A DNA stretch of 63,193 nt from an uncultured Gemmatimonas sp. (GCA_964521535.1 CAZFSA010000002.1:1-63193); one strand, 5' to 3'. Shown: positions 43,669 through 53,362, numbered from the stretch's first letter. Made by a program: numbers and translations. The notes: generated from the sequence alone by a model not told the origin.

Positions 43669-44968
43669 GATAGGCGTCGTCCTCCATCATCACGTACATC
43701 ACCTGCCCGCCCCACTCCGGGACCGGGGTGGCGGTGTTGAGCTCGATCGAGATGTAGCTGCCAAGCCGGAGCGGCTTGCCCGGCCGGCCCGGCGGCCCGC
43801 CCGAGTTGATCGAGGCGCCCAGCCCGTGGCCCTGGTTGCCGATCGGGTGGGAGTAGATCTGGGCCACGATCCCCCGCCGCTCCATCTCCGCCATGGCGCA
43901 GGCCGCCACCTCGGTGTTGAGTCGCCCGGGCCGGGAACACTGGAGCATCACGGCGTCCTGGAGCGCGTTGGTGTTGGCCATCGCGCGCTTCAACCCCTCC
44001 GGCACGTCGCGCTCCCCGGGCTTGAGCACGTAGGCCATCTTCTGCCAGTCGCTGTCGAAGCCCATATAGGTGATGCCGAAGTCGACGTGGATCGCGTCGC
44101 CGCGCTGGATCACCGTGCCCTCCAGCGCCGGGCCCGGCGCGCTCGGCGTGGCGGCATGCCTCCCGATCTCGGTGGCGGCGCCGCCCGGGCGCTGCACCCG
44201 GAGATCGGGCTGGAACCAGGTCCGGACCCCGCGCCGCCAGAGTTCGTCGAAGAGCCACCGGCGCACGTCGCCCACCGTGGTGACGCCAGGGGTGATCACC
44301 TCGTTGGAAAGCGCCCGCCGGGTGATCTCGTCGGTGAGCGCCACCAGGGTGGTGTAGTGGGCGTGCTCCTCCGGAATCCGGGTGTCCAGGTACTCCTCGA
44401 TCAGGTCGGCCGCGCTCACGAACCGGGCCGCCGTCTCCTGCCCCAGCCACTCCACCAGCGCCTGGTAGGTCGCGTGGGTAAGCCCGCGCGTCACCCCGCG
44501 CGTCCCATCCATCGCCAGCGCGATCGTGGCGGGCCGGAATCGCTCGACCAGCTGAGCCAGCATCTTCCCCGGGTTCCGCCCCTCGGGCATCGGCTCGAAG
44601 AACCGGCCCAGGTTCTCCTCCGGGTACCCGGTGATGCTGAACCGCTTGAGCCCCTCGGCGCCGGCGTCCACGAACACGAAGAAGTCCCGGTTCCCGGCAT
44701 AGGGTCGGGGCGGGGCCACGAACTGGGTGAGCGGATCGTCGTGGAACTCCTCGTTCACCACGATCCACATCGCCACCCCGTGCCGGCGCATCATCGGCAG
44801 CAGCAGCTCCCGGTGGCGCTTCTCCAGCCAGCGCTCCCGCTCGGCCAGCTGGCGGGACCAGGAGAGCAGCGCCACGAGCCCGCGCTGCTGGGCCGGCAGG
44901 GGCGCACCGGTGGCCAGCAGGGCGGCCACCGCCATGGCGGACAGAGACCAACGCATCGGGCACCTCAT
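43607..44968 (-). CDS. M24-family Xaa-Pro aminopeptidase/dipeptidase (secreted)
   Basis: Signal peptide present. Pita-bread metal-ligand regions are present: GDAIHVDFGITYMGFDSD, HPIGNQGHGLG, ISIELN and MMEDD. Confidence 0.8.
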   Translation of the reverse strand: MRCPMRWSLSAMAVAALLATGAPLPAQQRGLVALLSWSRQLAERERWLEKRHRELLLPMMRRHGVAMWIVVNEEFHDDPLTQFVAPPRPYAGNRDFFVFVDAGAEGLKRFSITGYPEENLGRFFEPMPEGRNPGKMLAQLVERFRPATIALAMDGTRGVTRGLTHATYQALVEWLGQETAARFVSAADLIEEYLDTRIPEEHAHYTTLVALTDEITRRALSNEVITPGVTTVGDVRRWLFDELWRRGVRTWFQPDLRVQRPGGAATEIGRHAATPSAPGPALEGTVIQRGDAIHVDFGITYMGFDSDWQKMAYVLKPGERDVPEGLKRAMANTNALQDAVMLQCSRPGRLNTEVAACAMAEMERRGIVAQIYSHPIGNQGHGLGASINSGGPPGRPGKPLRLGSYISIELNTATPVPEWGGQVMYVMMEDDAYLTEDGWRFFQPRQEAWYLIR

Positions 44969-45171
44969 CCGAACCCGGGGACTGTTTAGGAGCGACCGGA
45001 GGGGTCTGCTTCAATGATGCCCCGGGGAACCGGGCCCGGCAAATCGCTGCCAGGATCCGGATCCGGCCGGATGCGGGACCTCACGGGCTTGCCGGCGCGA
45101 CACCGACCTGCACGATGGCGGGATGGCAATCGGGGCCGCCCGCGACCCCCCTCGATGGCGGCGGCCACGGG

Positions 45172-45375
45172 TCAGCTGGCGACCGCGACCTCGGCGGCCG
45201 TGGCCCACCGCCAATCCATGACCTCGTCGTGGTTGGGATGGGGCTCCCCCTGGAAGCACCCCAGGATCAGATGATCGCTCCCACAGCCCGTTGTCGAGCC
45301 GCCGCTGTCGGCGCGGATCGCCGGGATCTTTTCCCTGGGTGCCAGCCAGAAACGGGAAGTCGACGTGGGCCGGGC
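45172..45375 (-). pseudogene. Possible 3' fragment of an isopentenyl-diphosphate isomerase / NUDIX-type gene
   Basis: A 67-codon open frame with no start codon is bounded by TGA at 45376-45378 and the stop at 45172-45174. Hand-counted third-position G+C is 57/67. The translation ...DHLILGCFQGEPHPNHDEVMDWRWATAAEV resembles the C-terminal region of type-1 IDI (E. coli ...[27 protein letters not shown]). Confidence 0.3.
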
Positions 45376-45405
45376 TCAATAGTCGCTGCGAAGAGACCGG
45401 GCGTC

Positions 45406-45909
45406 TCACGACACCGGGCCCGCCTCGGGCGGAAAGGGACGCATCCGCTCCCTCACCACTTGCAGCAGCTCCCGAAGCTGCTGGAGGCGCTGCCTTCCGA
45501 TTCCCCCGACGGCCTGAGCCACGAAGACCTGCACGGGCTCGTCCAGCCGGCCAAGCATCTCAAGCCCAGCCTGAGTGATGAAGAGCCGAACGACTCGCCG
45601 ATCGGCGGTGCCGCGAAGGCGGCGGGCCAGGCCCCGGGCAACCAGGTGGTCGGCGAGCCGCGTGACGTCAGGATCCCGGTTGATCATCCGCTCCGCGATC
45701 TCGCTCATGGTCCGGCCTTCCTCCCCCGCGCCCCGAAGGATCCGCAGGATGTTGTACTGGCTGGGCGAGATCTTCTCAGTTCGGCGGAGGTACCGGATCC
45801 AGGGCTGGTCGACCAGCTGGGACGTGAGCCGGAGGCTGACGTAGACCTCTTCCTCGAGGCTGGCGTACGGGCGGGTCTGGCGAATCGCGCCGGCAAGGGA
45901 AGCTGACAT
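45406..45909 (-). CDS. MarR-family transcriptional regulator
   Basis: Winged-helix region PSQYNILRILRGAGEEGRTMSEIAERMINRDPDVTRLADHLVARGLARR..DRRVV is present. ATG 45909 is preferred over the listed TTG 45918. Confidence 0.85.
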   Translation of the reverse strand: MSASLAGAIRQTRPYASLEEEVYVSLRLTSQLVDQPWIRYLRRTEKISPSQYNILRILRGAGEEGRTMSEIAERMINRDPDVTRLADHLVARGLARRLRGTADRRVVRLFITQAGLEMLGRLDEPVQVFVAQAVGGIGRQRLQQLRELLQVVRERMRPFPPEAGPVS

Positions 45910-45915
45910 ACGTTT

Positions 45916-45930
45916 CAACGATACTCGTTG
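45916..45930. promoter_or_regulatory. Inverted repeat upstream of marR (candidate operator)
   Basis: CAACGA-TAC-TCGTTG is a perfect 6-bp inverted repeat. It lies 7 nt upstream of the marR ATG, in an AT-rich 53-nt gap. Confidence 0.35.
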
Positions 45931-45962
45931 TCACAAACAAATACAACACCCCCCCCACCGCT

Positions 45963-46613
45963 TCACGGGAACGCCCGCTCCACCAGACCCACGACCCCGG
46001 CCGCTACCACCCTCGGTCTGGCAGCGCGCTCCACGGCCCGGGCACAGCGGTCCCCGAAGCGCAGCGCCTCGTCCTCGGGCGCGGCGGGCTCGAGGGCGTG
46101 GAACCCCTCGTGGGCGATCGCGCCCGCCACCCAGGCGAGCGGCCGGTCGAACGTGGGGGCCCAGAACTGCATCGCCAGCGGCCGGCCGTCCGTGGACACG
46201 TAGGTCGCGCCGAAATAGACCAGGCCCCCAACGGTGTCCGGTTGCTCCCAGACGCTCACCCGCCCCGCTCGCTCGAGCCGGGCGGCCTCGATGGCGGCCA
46301 TCCGGCACCCCTCGTCCACCTCGGACAGCCGGGCCAGCACCCGGTCCCAGACTCGCCGCTCCTCGCCGCCTAACGCTCGGGTCGGGGTCCACGCCGTACC
46401 GGCTCGGTCGCATCCGGAAAGCGGCCCCGTCACGCCGCCCAGGGGATGGGCGGCGAGCAACCGCTCGACGACCCCCGCTCCGGATTCGCAGGCCGGAATC
46501 CGGAGTGCCAGCTCGGCCAGGGGGGGCTGAACCTGCGCCAGGGACAGCCCGGGCAGGAACGCGACGGCCCCGAGAGCGGCGAGTACCGCACTCCGACCGA
46601 GATTCGCGTTCAT
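45963..46613 (-). CDS. Secreted HExxH-motif protein (putative zinc metalloprotease), unknown family
   Basis: Trimmed to ATG 46613 (MNANLGRSAVLAALGAVAFLPGLSLAQ signal peptide). The HEGFH motif is encoded at 46098-46112. The gene is on the same strand as marR and immediately upstream of it. Confidence 0.6.
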   Translation of the reverse strand: MNANLGRSAVLAALGAVAFLPGLSLAQVQPPLAELALRIPACESGAGVVERLLAAHPLGGVTGPLSGCDRAGTAWTPTRALGGEERRVWDRVLARLSEVDEGCRMAAIEAARLERAGRVSVWEQPDTVGGLVYFGATYVSTDGRPLAMQFWAPTFDRPLAWVAGAIAHEGFHALEPAAPEDEALRFGDRCARAVERAARPRVVAAGVVGLVERAFP

Positions 46614-46638
46614 GGGCACCTCCCTGGCTGCAAGGACC

Positions 46639-46661
46639 ACGTTGATAACTTGCGTCAACGT
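46639..46661. promoter_or_regulatory. Inverted repeat upstream of the HExxH-marR pair (candidate operator)
   Basis: ACGTTGA-N9-TCAACGT has 7-bp arms. It lies 26 nt upstream of ATG 46613 in a lower-GC intergenic region and shares the CGTTGA half-site with the repeat at 45916-45930. Direct repeats of GTTACAAA lie nearby (46682-46689, 46694-46701). Confidence 0.35.
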
Positions 46662-46771
46662 CAGCCAATCGTCACCTGAATGTTACAAACACCGTTACAA
46701 AGAATGCAGAAAGCGGCCGGTTGCCTGTCCCGGCCCGCTCGAGCTGTAGCGGCGTGAGTTCAATCAGGCGA

Positions 46772-49030
46772 TCAGGGCGAGCCGCTCGCCTGCCGCGGCG
46801 CCGCCCCGGCGCCCGGTTCCTCCAGGGTCCGGAGCAGGTCCTGCCAGCGGAACCAGTCCTGCTTGCCGCGGATCCACCGGTCGAACCAGGCCATCTCCGC
46901 CACGGCCTTGGTGAGCTGGTTCCGGGGATCCGGGATGCCGTGGGTATTGCCGGGATACACGAAGAACTCCGTGGGCACCCCGAGCTGGCGGAGGGCCATG
47001 TGGAGCTCCTCGCTCTGGGGCCGCGGCACCCGGGGATCGCCGTCGACCACGTGGATCATGGTCGGCGTCCTGGCGTTCCGGATGTAGCGAAGCGGCGAGA
47101 CCCGCCAGTACGCGTCGAAGTCGTCGTACGGAAGGCGGCCACCCAGGTACCACTGTCGATTGCGCTGGATATCGCTCTGGGCATACATCGAGATCCAGTT
47201 CATCGTACCGGCGCCGGAGGAGATCGCCTTGAACCGGTCGGTGTGGGTGAGAATCCAGTTGGAGTAGTGCCCGCCGGCGCTCCACCCCATTGCCCCCAGA
47301 CTGTCGCCGTGGGCCAGCCCCACAGCGATCAGGTGATCCACCCCGGTCATGATGTCGTCGAAGCCGCGGTCGAAGTACTTCCCGAGCCCGGCCGTTTCCA
47401 TCCGGTGCCGCTCGCCGTAGCTGCTCGAACCCCGGTAGTTGGGCAGGAGGACGAGGTATCCGGCGCCGGCGTAGACCTGTGACCCGTAGCCCCGGTTGAA
47501 GCCGACCTGATCGGCGCCGGCCGGGCCGCCGTGGATCTGCACGATGAGCGGGTAGCGCCGGCCCGCGGTCCAGCCCACCGGCTTGACCAGCACCCCGCCC
47601 ACCATCCGTCCGTCGCGGGAGCGCCAGGTGATCTCCTCCACCGCGCCGAGCGCCAGGTCGGCCACCTGAGGGTTGGGGCGGGTCAGCCGGGTCCAGCGCC
47701 CCCGATCGCCGAGGTCGGCCTCCGAGGCGGCGAGGTACCAGGCGGCGGGGTCGTGCGCGGTTTCGTAGGTGATGAGGAGCCGGCCTGTGTCCTCGTCGCG
47801 GATCGCCGACGTAAGGGCCGGCTCGCGGGTCACCTGCCGCACCTGACCCGTGGCCACGTCCACGGCCATGACCTGGGTCGTCACCCGGAGGCCGGTGTTG
47901 TAGTAGATGGCTTGGCCATCCGCCGCCCACCAGCCCACGGTCACCGGGCCGTCGTGCTCGCCTCCCAGCTTGCGCCAGGGAGCGCCCGCGTCGGCCACCC
48001 GGCGGAGATAGATCTTGGGATCGCGGGCATAGGTGAAGTCGTTCGCGGCCGAGAACGCCATCCACTGGCCGTCGGGCGAGAAGCTGAGCTGGCTCTCGTC
48101 GATCTCGCTGTTGGTGGTGAGGCGTTCGATCCGACCGGTGGCGACTTCCAGCAGATACAGGTCGTCGTAGATCCCGGATTCGGTCACGGTCCGCCGATAG
48201 CGGTCGTTCGGCGCGCCCTGGAAGCCCACCCACCGGCCGTCGTCGGAGAGGGTAACGCCGCCCACGCTGTAGTCGGTCCCGCCCGTGAGTCGCCGCTCCT
48301 CGCGGCCAGTGAGATCCAGCGTCCAGAGGTGCTGGAGGGGCGGGTCCTCGTTGCGGACCTGCACCGTGAACTTCTTCTCCTTCCGCTCCTGGTTGGCCCG
48401 GTCCACCGTGTCCGGTGCGAGGAAGAAGAGCCGCCCGCCGTCGCGGGAGAGGGCCCACCACGACACCGGCGTCGGGTGCCTGGTGATCTGGACCGGCGCC
48501 GGATCGCCACCCGGCAGCTCGCCGGCCGGCAGGGCCCAGACCTGGCGGTCCTCGGTCTTGCCCGCCGAGTAGACCAGCCAGCGTCCGTCGCGGGTAAAGG
48601 CGAACTGGTTGACGCCATCCTTCGCGTCGGTGATTCGGCGCGCTTCGCCGCCATCGGGGCGCATCGCGAAGAGCTGATTCGGGGCGTCGGCCCCGGTCCC
48701 GTCCCGGTTCGACAGGAAGACGAAGAAGCTCCCGTCCCGCGCCCATTGGGGGCCGGTTTCGTTCCGGTCGCGGGTGAACGTGAGCTGCCGTTCCGAGCCC
48801 AGGCCCCGGGTCGTCGAGACCAGCCAGATGTCGGTGGTGCGGCGGGCCTCCTTCCAGTCGGGGACGGCGAGGGTGTAGAGGAGCCATCCTCCGTCGGGGC
48901 TCAGGGCCGGAGCGCCGGCCTGGCGGAGGTGCTGGACGTCGAGGAAGGTCATCGGCCGCTGCTGGGCGGGGGCGGAGACGGCGGCGGCGAGCATCGCCGC
49001 CAGATGGAAGCCGAACCGGACGCGACGCAT
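46772..49030 (-). CDS. S9-family prolyl oligopeptidase / dipeptidyl peptidase with N-terminal beta-propeller (secreted)
   Basis: Signal peptide and TolB-like propeller repeats are followed by a C-terminal alpha/beta-hydrolase domain with nucleophile elbow GWSAGGH and distal D/H residues. Confidence 0.85.
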   Translation of the reverse strand: MRRVRFGFHLAAMLAAAVSAPAQQRPMTFLDVQHLRQAGAPALSPDGGWLLYTLAVPDWKEARRTTDIWLVSTTRGLGSERQLTFTRDRNETGPQWARDGSFFVFLSNRDGTGADAPNQLFAMRPDGGEARRITDAKDGVNQFAFTRDGRWLVYSAGKTEDRQVWALPAGELPGGDPAPVQITRHPTPVSWWALSRDGGRLFFLAPDTVDRANQERKEKKFTVQVRNEDPPLQHLWTLDLTGREERRLTGGTDYSVGGVTLSDDGRWVGFQGAPNDRYRRTVTESGIYDDLYLLEVATGRIERLTTNSEIDESQLSFSPDGQWMAFSAANDFTYARDPKIYLRRVADAGAPWRKLGGEHDGPVTVGWWAADGQAIYYNTGLRVTTQVMAVDVATGQVRQVTREPALTSAIRDEDTGRLLITYETAHDPAAWYLAASEADLGDRGRWTRLTRPNPQVADLALGAVEEITWRSRDGRMVGGVLVKPVGWTAGRRYPLIVQIHGGPAGADQVGFNRGYGSQVYAGAGYLVLLPNYRGSSSYGERHRMETAGLGKYFDRGFDDIMTGVDHLIAVGLAHGDSLGAMGWSAGGHYSNWILTHTDRFKAISSGAGTMNWISMYAQSDIQRNRQWYLGGRLPYDDFDAYWRVSPLRYIRNARTPTMIHVVDGDPRVPRPQSEELHMALRQLGVPTEFFVYPGNTHGIPDPRNQLTKAVAEMAWFDRWIRGKQDWFRWQDLLRTLEEPGAGAAPRQASGSP

Positions 49031-49114
49031 GAGAGACTCCGGGACTTGGAAGGACGCGGGGGTCCGGCCGGACCGGCCCGGACCCCGCCTAATGTATCGC
49101 GGGTCGCGCGGAGT

Positions 49115-52100
49115 CTAGGGCCTCCGGATTTGCTCCGGCACCGGCGGGTAGACCCCGGCGTCGGCGAGCCGGCGGTAGACGTCCCTGAGCCGGCCCAGGA
49201 ATCCGTTCACGGTGTCGACCGCCGCCGGCGCCTCGCGGCGGACCTCGTCCAGCTGCTGAAGCTGGGTCCGCGTTGGGGGCGCCATCACACCTCCGATATT
49301 GCCCGCCAGCATCCCGACCTTGATCGGGAGCGCCCGCCTCAGCTCCGCGAAGTCGAAGTTGAACGGCTCGCCAGGATCGCGGATCCCGAAGGTGCGCTTG
49401 ATCGGCGCCAGGTCAGCGGTCACCGAATCGACGGCCGATCGCAGCGCGGCCGGCACCTTGGCGGTATCCGCCAGGGACTGCTTGACGTCGCGGAGCTGCC
49501 GGTCGGCGGTCCGCACGGCGTCGGCCGCGTCGGACACCGAGGCCCGGACCCGCTGAAGCTCGGCGAGAATCCGCTGCCGGTTCTGCCGATCGGCCTCGGT
49601 GATCTGCACGGCGGGGTCGCCCCGGACCTGGACCGGCCGGGTGGCGACCTCGCGGCCGTTTACCACCAGCGCGGCCCGGTACTCGCCCGGGAGCACGATC
49701 GGCCCCGGCGTGTTGCCGCCGCCCGCGCCGAAGAAGGACTCGATCGACCCGGCGGCTGCCGGCGGGGCCTTCCGCGCCGGCTCGATCGGCTCGGTCCGGA
49801 GGTCCCAGACCACCGTGTTCATGCCCGCCGCCAACCGATCCTTGAAGTCCTCGCCTTTGAGCTCCCGGACCGCGCCGCCTTGCGCGTCACGGATCACGAT
49901 CCGGGCGCTGTCCGCCTTCTCGCGGAGCTGATAGGTGATCGCCGCGCCGATCGGCGGGTTCTTCCCCAGGAATTGCATGTCGCCGCCGAAGAACCGGGTG
50001 CGATCCTCGGCGGGGGGCCGATACACCGCCCGCGGGATGTCGTAGAGATGCGCGGCGGCGGTCGCGGTCTGCGCGGCGGCGAATTGCTGGATCGGGGTGA
50101 GGTCGTCGAGGATCCAGAGGGCGCGCCCGTGGGTCGCCAGGATCATGGCGTTGTCGCGGGGATGCAGGGTGATCTCGTAGACCGGCACCGTGGGGAGGTT
50201 GGCCCGGAGCCGCACCCAGCTTCGCCCCCGGTCGGTGGTGACGAAGACACCGGTCTCGGTCCCCAGGTAGAGCACGTCGGGGTTCCGGAGGTCCTCGGAG
50301 ATGGTGCGCGCCACCTCGCCCGCCGGGATGCCGGCGGCGATCGATCGCCAGGTGACACCGAAGTCGGTGCTGGTGTAGACGTAGGTTCCGTAGTCGCCGG
50401 TCCGGTGGGCGTCGAACGTGGCGTACACCGTGCCGTCGGCGAACCTGGAGGGTTCCACCTTGGACACGTAGGCCCAGCGCGGCGCGCCGGGGATCCGGCT
50501 GGTCGCGTTGGTCCAGGTCGCGCCGCCGTCCCGCGAGACGTGAAGCTGGCCGTCGTCCGACCCCGTATAGAAGAGCCCCGGACGCCGGTGCGACTCGGCG
50601 ATGGTGAACAGGGTGCCGTAGACGGACACCCCGTCGTTCCTGGCCAGCTTGATGTCCTTGCCCGCCACGCCCATCAGTCGCAGGGTGTCGCGGTCCACGC
50701 CGGTCGTGAGATCGGGACTCACCGGGGTCCAGCTCATCCCCCGATCGGTGGACTTGAAGAGCCGGTTGGCGCCCACATAGATCGTGGCCGGATCGTGGGG
50801 CGACAGCATCATCGGCGTGTCCCAGTTCCAGCGATACGGGGGCTCGCCCGCCGGCGGCTCGGGACGGATGCTCTGCCGCTCGTTGGTGATCCGGTCCACC
50901 CGGCTCATGAAGCCGTCCTGCGATTCGGCGTAGATGATCCGGTGGTTGGTGGGGTCGATCAGGCCCACGAAGCCGTCGCCACCCTGGACCACGAACCACT
51001 CGTCGTTCCCGATCCCCTCACCCGAGCGAACCTGGCTCGGCCCGCACCAGGTGTCGTTGTCCTGGAGTCCTCCACAGAGGTTGTAGGGCTCCTCCATGTC
51101 GAACCCCACGTGATAGAACTGGCCCACCGGCAGGTGCGGCAGCCAGAGCCAGCTGCGGGCCCGGTCGTGGCTGATCGCCACCCCGCCGTCGCTTCCGATG
51201 ATGAGGTGCGAGGGATCGGCGGGGTTGATCCAGAGGGCGTGATGGTCGACGTGGACCCGCCCGGCGCCGTCCGTCCGGAAGGTCTTCCCCCCGTCGTCGG
51301 AGATGGCGAGTTCGACCTGGGGGAGATAGATCCGGAGGTCGTCCTCGGGATCGACCCGGATGATCCCGAAGTACATCGGCCGCTGGTTGGTGGTGCCCAT
51401 CTTCCGCCAGGAGAGGCCGGCGTCGTCCGACCGGTAGACTCCGCTCTCCTTTTCGTGCTCCACCCGGGCGTAGAGGATGTCCGGATTGCGGCGGAAGACG
51501 TCGAGCCCGATCCTGCCCAGATCACCGGCGGGCAGGCCCCGGGAGAGTCTGGTCCAGGTCCGGCCCGCGTCCGCGGTCCGGTAGATCCCGCTCGCCGGGC
51601 CGCCACCGTTCATCCCCCAGCTGGAGCGACGCCGCTGGTAGATGGCGGCGTAGAGCACCTTGTTGTTCCGGGGGTCCATGACCAGCTCGGTGCCGCCGGC
51701 GTCCGGGCCGCCGTCCAGCACCCGGGCCCAGGTCCGGCCGCCGTCGGTGGTCTTGTAGATGCCACGCTCGCCACCGGCCGCCCAGAGGTCGCCGAGGGCC
51801 GCCACGTATACCACCTCAGGGTCGACCGGGTCCACCACGATCCGGGCGATCTGCTTCGAGGCGCGGAGCCCCATGTTGGCCCAGGTGCGCCCGCCGTCGG
51901 TGGACTTGTAGACCCCGTCGCCCCAGGACGAGCTCTGCCGGTTGTTGGCTTCGCCGGTGCCGACCCAGACCAGATTGGGATCCCGCTGGGCGATGGCCAC
52001 CGCGCCCACGGAGCCGGAGCCGGCCGAGTCGAACACGGGGGTGAGGGTGGTGCCGCCGTTGGTGGTCTTCCAGAGCCCGCCGGTGGCCGCCGCGATGTAG

Positions 52101-52333
52101 AAGATCCTGGGATTCTTCTCCAGCACCGCGAAGTCGTTGATCCGCCCGCTCATGGTGGCCGGCCCGATGCTGCGGAACGCCAGGCGGTCGAAGGGCCCGC
52201 CTGCCGGTCGAGCCGTGTCGGCGGCAGGTGACGGGGCCGCGGCCCCTTGGCGCTGGGCGGTGGCGGGAATCGGCGCGGCGAACAGGGCAACTACGGGAAG
52301 GGACGACAGGACGCGGCGGACGGCGGATCGCAC
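49115..52333 (-). CDS. Large secreted BNR/Asp-box repeat protein (sortilin/VPS10-like double propeller)
   Basis: Signal peptide present. There are many SxDxGxTW boxes (TTNGGTTL, STDGGRTW, TTDGGRTW, TADAGRTW, SDDAGLSW, SDDGGKTF, SRDGGATW, STDFGVTW, TTDRGRSW). Paralog of 59959..63021. Confidence 0.8.
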   Translation of the reverse strand: MRSAVRRVLSSLPVVALFAAPIPATAQRQGAAAPSPAADTARPAGGPFDRLAFRSIGPATMSGRINDFAVLEKNPRIFYIAAATGGLWKTTNGGTTLTPVFDSAGSGSVGAVAIAQRDPNLVWVGTGEANNRQSSSWGDGVYKSTDGGRTWANMGLRASKQIARIVVDPVDPEVVYVAALGDLWAAGGERGIYKTTDGGRTWARVLDGGPDAGGTELVMDPRNNKVLYAAIYQRRRSSWGMNGGGPASGIYRTADAGRTWTRLSRGLPAGDLGRIGLDVFRRNPDILYARVEHEKESGVYRSDDAGLSWRKMGTTNQRPMYFGIIRVDPEDDLRIYLPQVELAISDDGGKTFRTDGAGRVHVDHHALWINPADPSHLIIGSDGGVAISHDRARSWLWLPHLPVGQFYHVGFDMEEPYNLCGGLQDNDTWCGPSQVRSGEGIGNDEWFVVQGGDGFVGLIDPTNHRIIYAESQDGFMSRVDRITNERQSIRPEPPAGEPPYRWNWDTPMMLSPHDPATIYVGANRLFKSTDRGMSWTPVSPDLTTGVDRDTLRLMGVAGKDIKLARNDGVSVYGTLFTIAESHRRPGLFYTGSDDGQLHVSRDGGATWTNATSRIPGAPRWAYVSKVEPSRFADGTVYATFDAHRTGDYGTYVYTSTDFGVTWRSIAAGIPAGEVARTISEDLRNPDVLYLGTETGVFVTTDRGRSWVRLRANLPTVPVYEITLHPRDNAMILATHGRALWILDDLTPIQQFAAAQTATAAAHLYDIPRAVYRPPAEDRTRFFGGDMQFLGKNPPIGAAITYQLREKADSARIVIRDAQGGAVRELKGEDFKDRLAAGMNTVVWDLRTEPIEPARKAPPAAAGSIESFFGAGGGNTPGPIVLPGEYRAALVVNGREVATRPVQVRGDPAVQITEADRQNRQRILAELQRVRASVSDAADAVRTADRQLRDVKQSLADTAKVPAALRSAVDSVTADLAPIKRTFGIRDPGEPFNFDFAELRRALPIKVGMLAGNIGGVMAPPTRTQLQQLDEVRREAPAAVDTVNGFLGRLRDVYRRLADAGVYPPVPEQIRRP

Positions 52334-52437
52334 CGGGCACCTCGAGCGGAGTTGGGAGACGGTCGGGGGTCGGACCCGGGATTAGGATATCCGCCCGACG
52401 GCCCGGGCGACAGAGGGCCCCGGCGCAACCTCCTGCG

Positions 52438-53340
52438 TCAGCAGCGGGCCCCGCGACCCAGCATCACCGGCAGGCCCTCGACGGCCAGAGGCCCCCGGAC
52501 CATGAGCACTCCATTGTCGCCGCCCTGATCCATCGACCAGGGCCCACCGGCAAGGTCGTGGGGCCGCGGCCGAAAGTCCGGCCCCAGGGCGTCGGGATTG
52601 AAGAAGGCGACCACCTCCCGCACCGCGCCCGGCCACCCGGCCATGACCTCCGCGAGTGACGGCGCCCGGGGCGCCACCACGTCGAAGAGCCGGAGCAGGT
52701 CGCCGGCCTGCTCCCCGACGATCACGGCGTCCAGCGCCGGCAGGTACCTGAGCTCGCTCCCCGCCTCGTAGAATGCCCAGACGCACTTCTCGGGGCCGAG
52801 GGCCAGCACCCGGGAGAGCGGAGCGCGCCGATCCAGGAGCCGATGCATCAGGGACCGGTCGGCGTCGCTGGAGAGATCGAGCAATCGACCCGCGAGCGGC
52901 GCGGGCGCGGGCGGCGCCGGCGAGACGAACACGCTCTCCGGGATCGCCCGGAATCCGAAGGGTTCGAAGTATTCGGGGTGGGCGGTGGTGAGGAGCAGCG
53001 TCCGGTACCGGGGCGCGGCGTACCCGAGCGCTTCTTCAATGAGCGATCGGAAGAGTCCCTGCCGACGGTGGCCGGGACGGGTTGCCACGCCGTGCACACC
53101 GCCCACCCGCAGCGCCCGGCCCGCCACCACCAGCTGGATCTCGAGCAGACCCACGTGACTCACCAGCCGGCCCTCGACCTCCCGGACGAACGGCGTGGAC
53201 GCTTCCTCCCAGGGCGCGCCGAAGCGCTCGGCGCCCCGGCGAGCTTCGTCCAGCCCGATCCCGGGAAACACCCCGCCCAGCAACTCGAAGACCCGGTCTG
53301 CAAGCGTCGGGTCGGCCCGGTAATCACGGCGAAAGGTCAC
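52438..53340 (-). CDS. GNAT-family N-acetyltransferase with C-terminal extra domain (Eis-like architecture)
   Basis: Acetyl-CoA motif A is VHGVATRPGHRRQGLFRSLI. About 170 aa of C-terminal domain follow. Confidence 0.65.
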   Translation of the reverse strand: MTFRRDYRADPTLADRVFELLGGVFPGIGLDEARRGAERFGAPWEEASTPFVREVEGRLVSHVGLLEIQLVVAGRALRVGGVHGVATRPGHRRQGLFRSLIEEALGYAAPRYRTLLLTTAHPEYFEPFGFRAIPESVFVSPAPPAPAPLAGRLLDLSSDADRSLMHRLLDRRAPLSRVLALGPEKCVWAFYEAGSELRYLPALDAVIVGEQAGDLLRLFDVVAPRAPSLAEVMAGWPGAVREVVAFFNPDALGPDFRPRPHDLAGGPWSMDQGGDNGVLMVRGPLAVEGLPVMLGRGARC

Positions 53341-53362
53341 GGCGCCCCTCCGTCCGGCGTGG

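Noticed and set aside
45949-45956. C8 homopolymer between the HExxH gene and marR (also C8 at 11837-11844) as phase-variation tracts
   Set aside because: The tracts are intergenic, short for slipped-strand switching in a 70% G+C genome, and I have no evidence of length heterogeneity. Only the G7/C8 pair at 31155-31195 was reported, because it forms a structure.
47531-52231. 1,566-aa ORF on the plus strand
   Set aside because: It lies antisense to the S9 peptidase and the BNR repeat gene, both of which have strong motifs and signal peptides. Its composition (runs of G, R, P, V, H, D) and lack of any family signature mark it as a shadow ORF.
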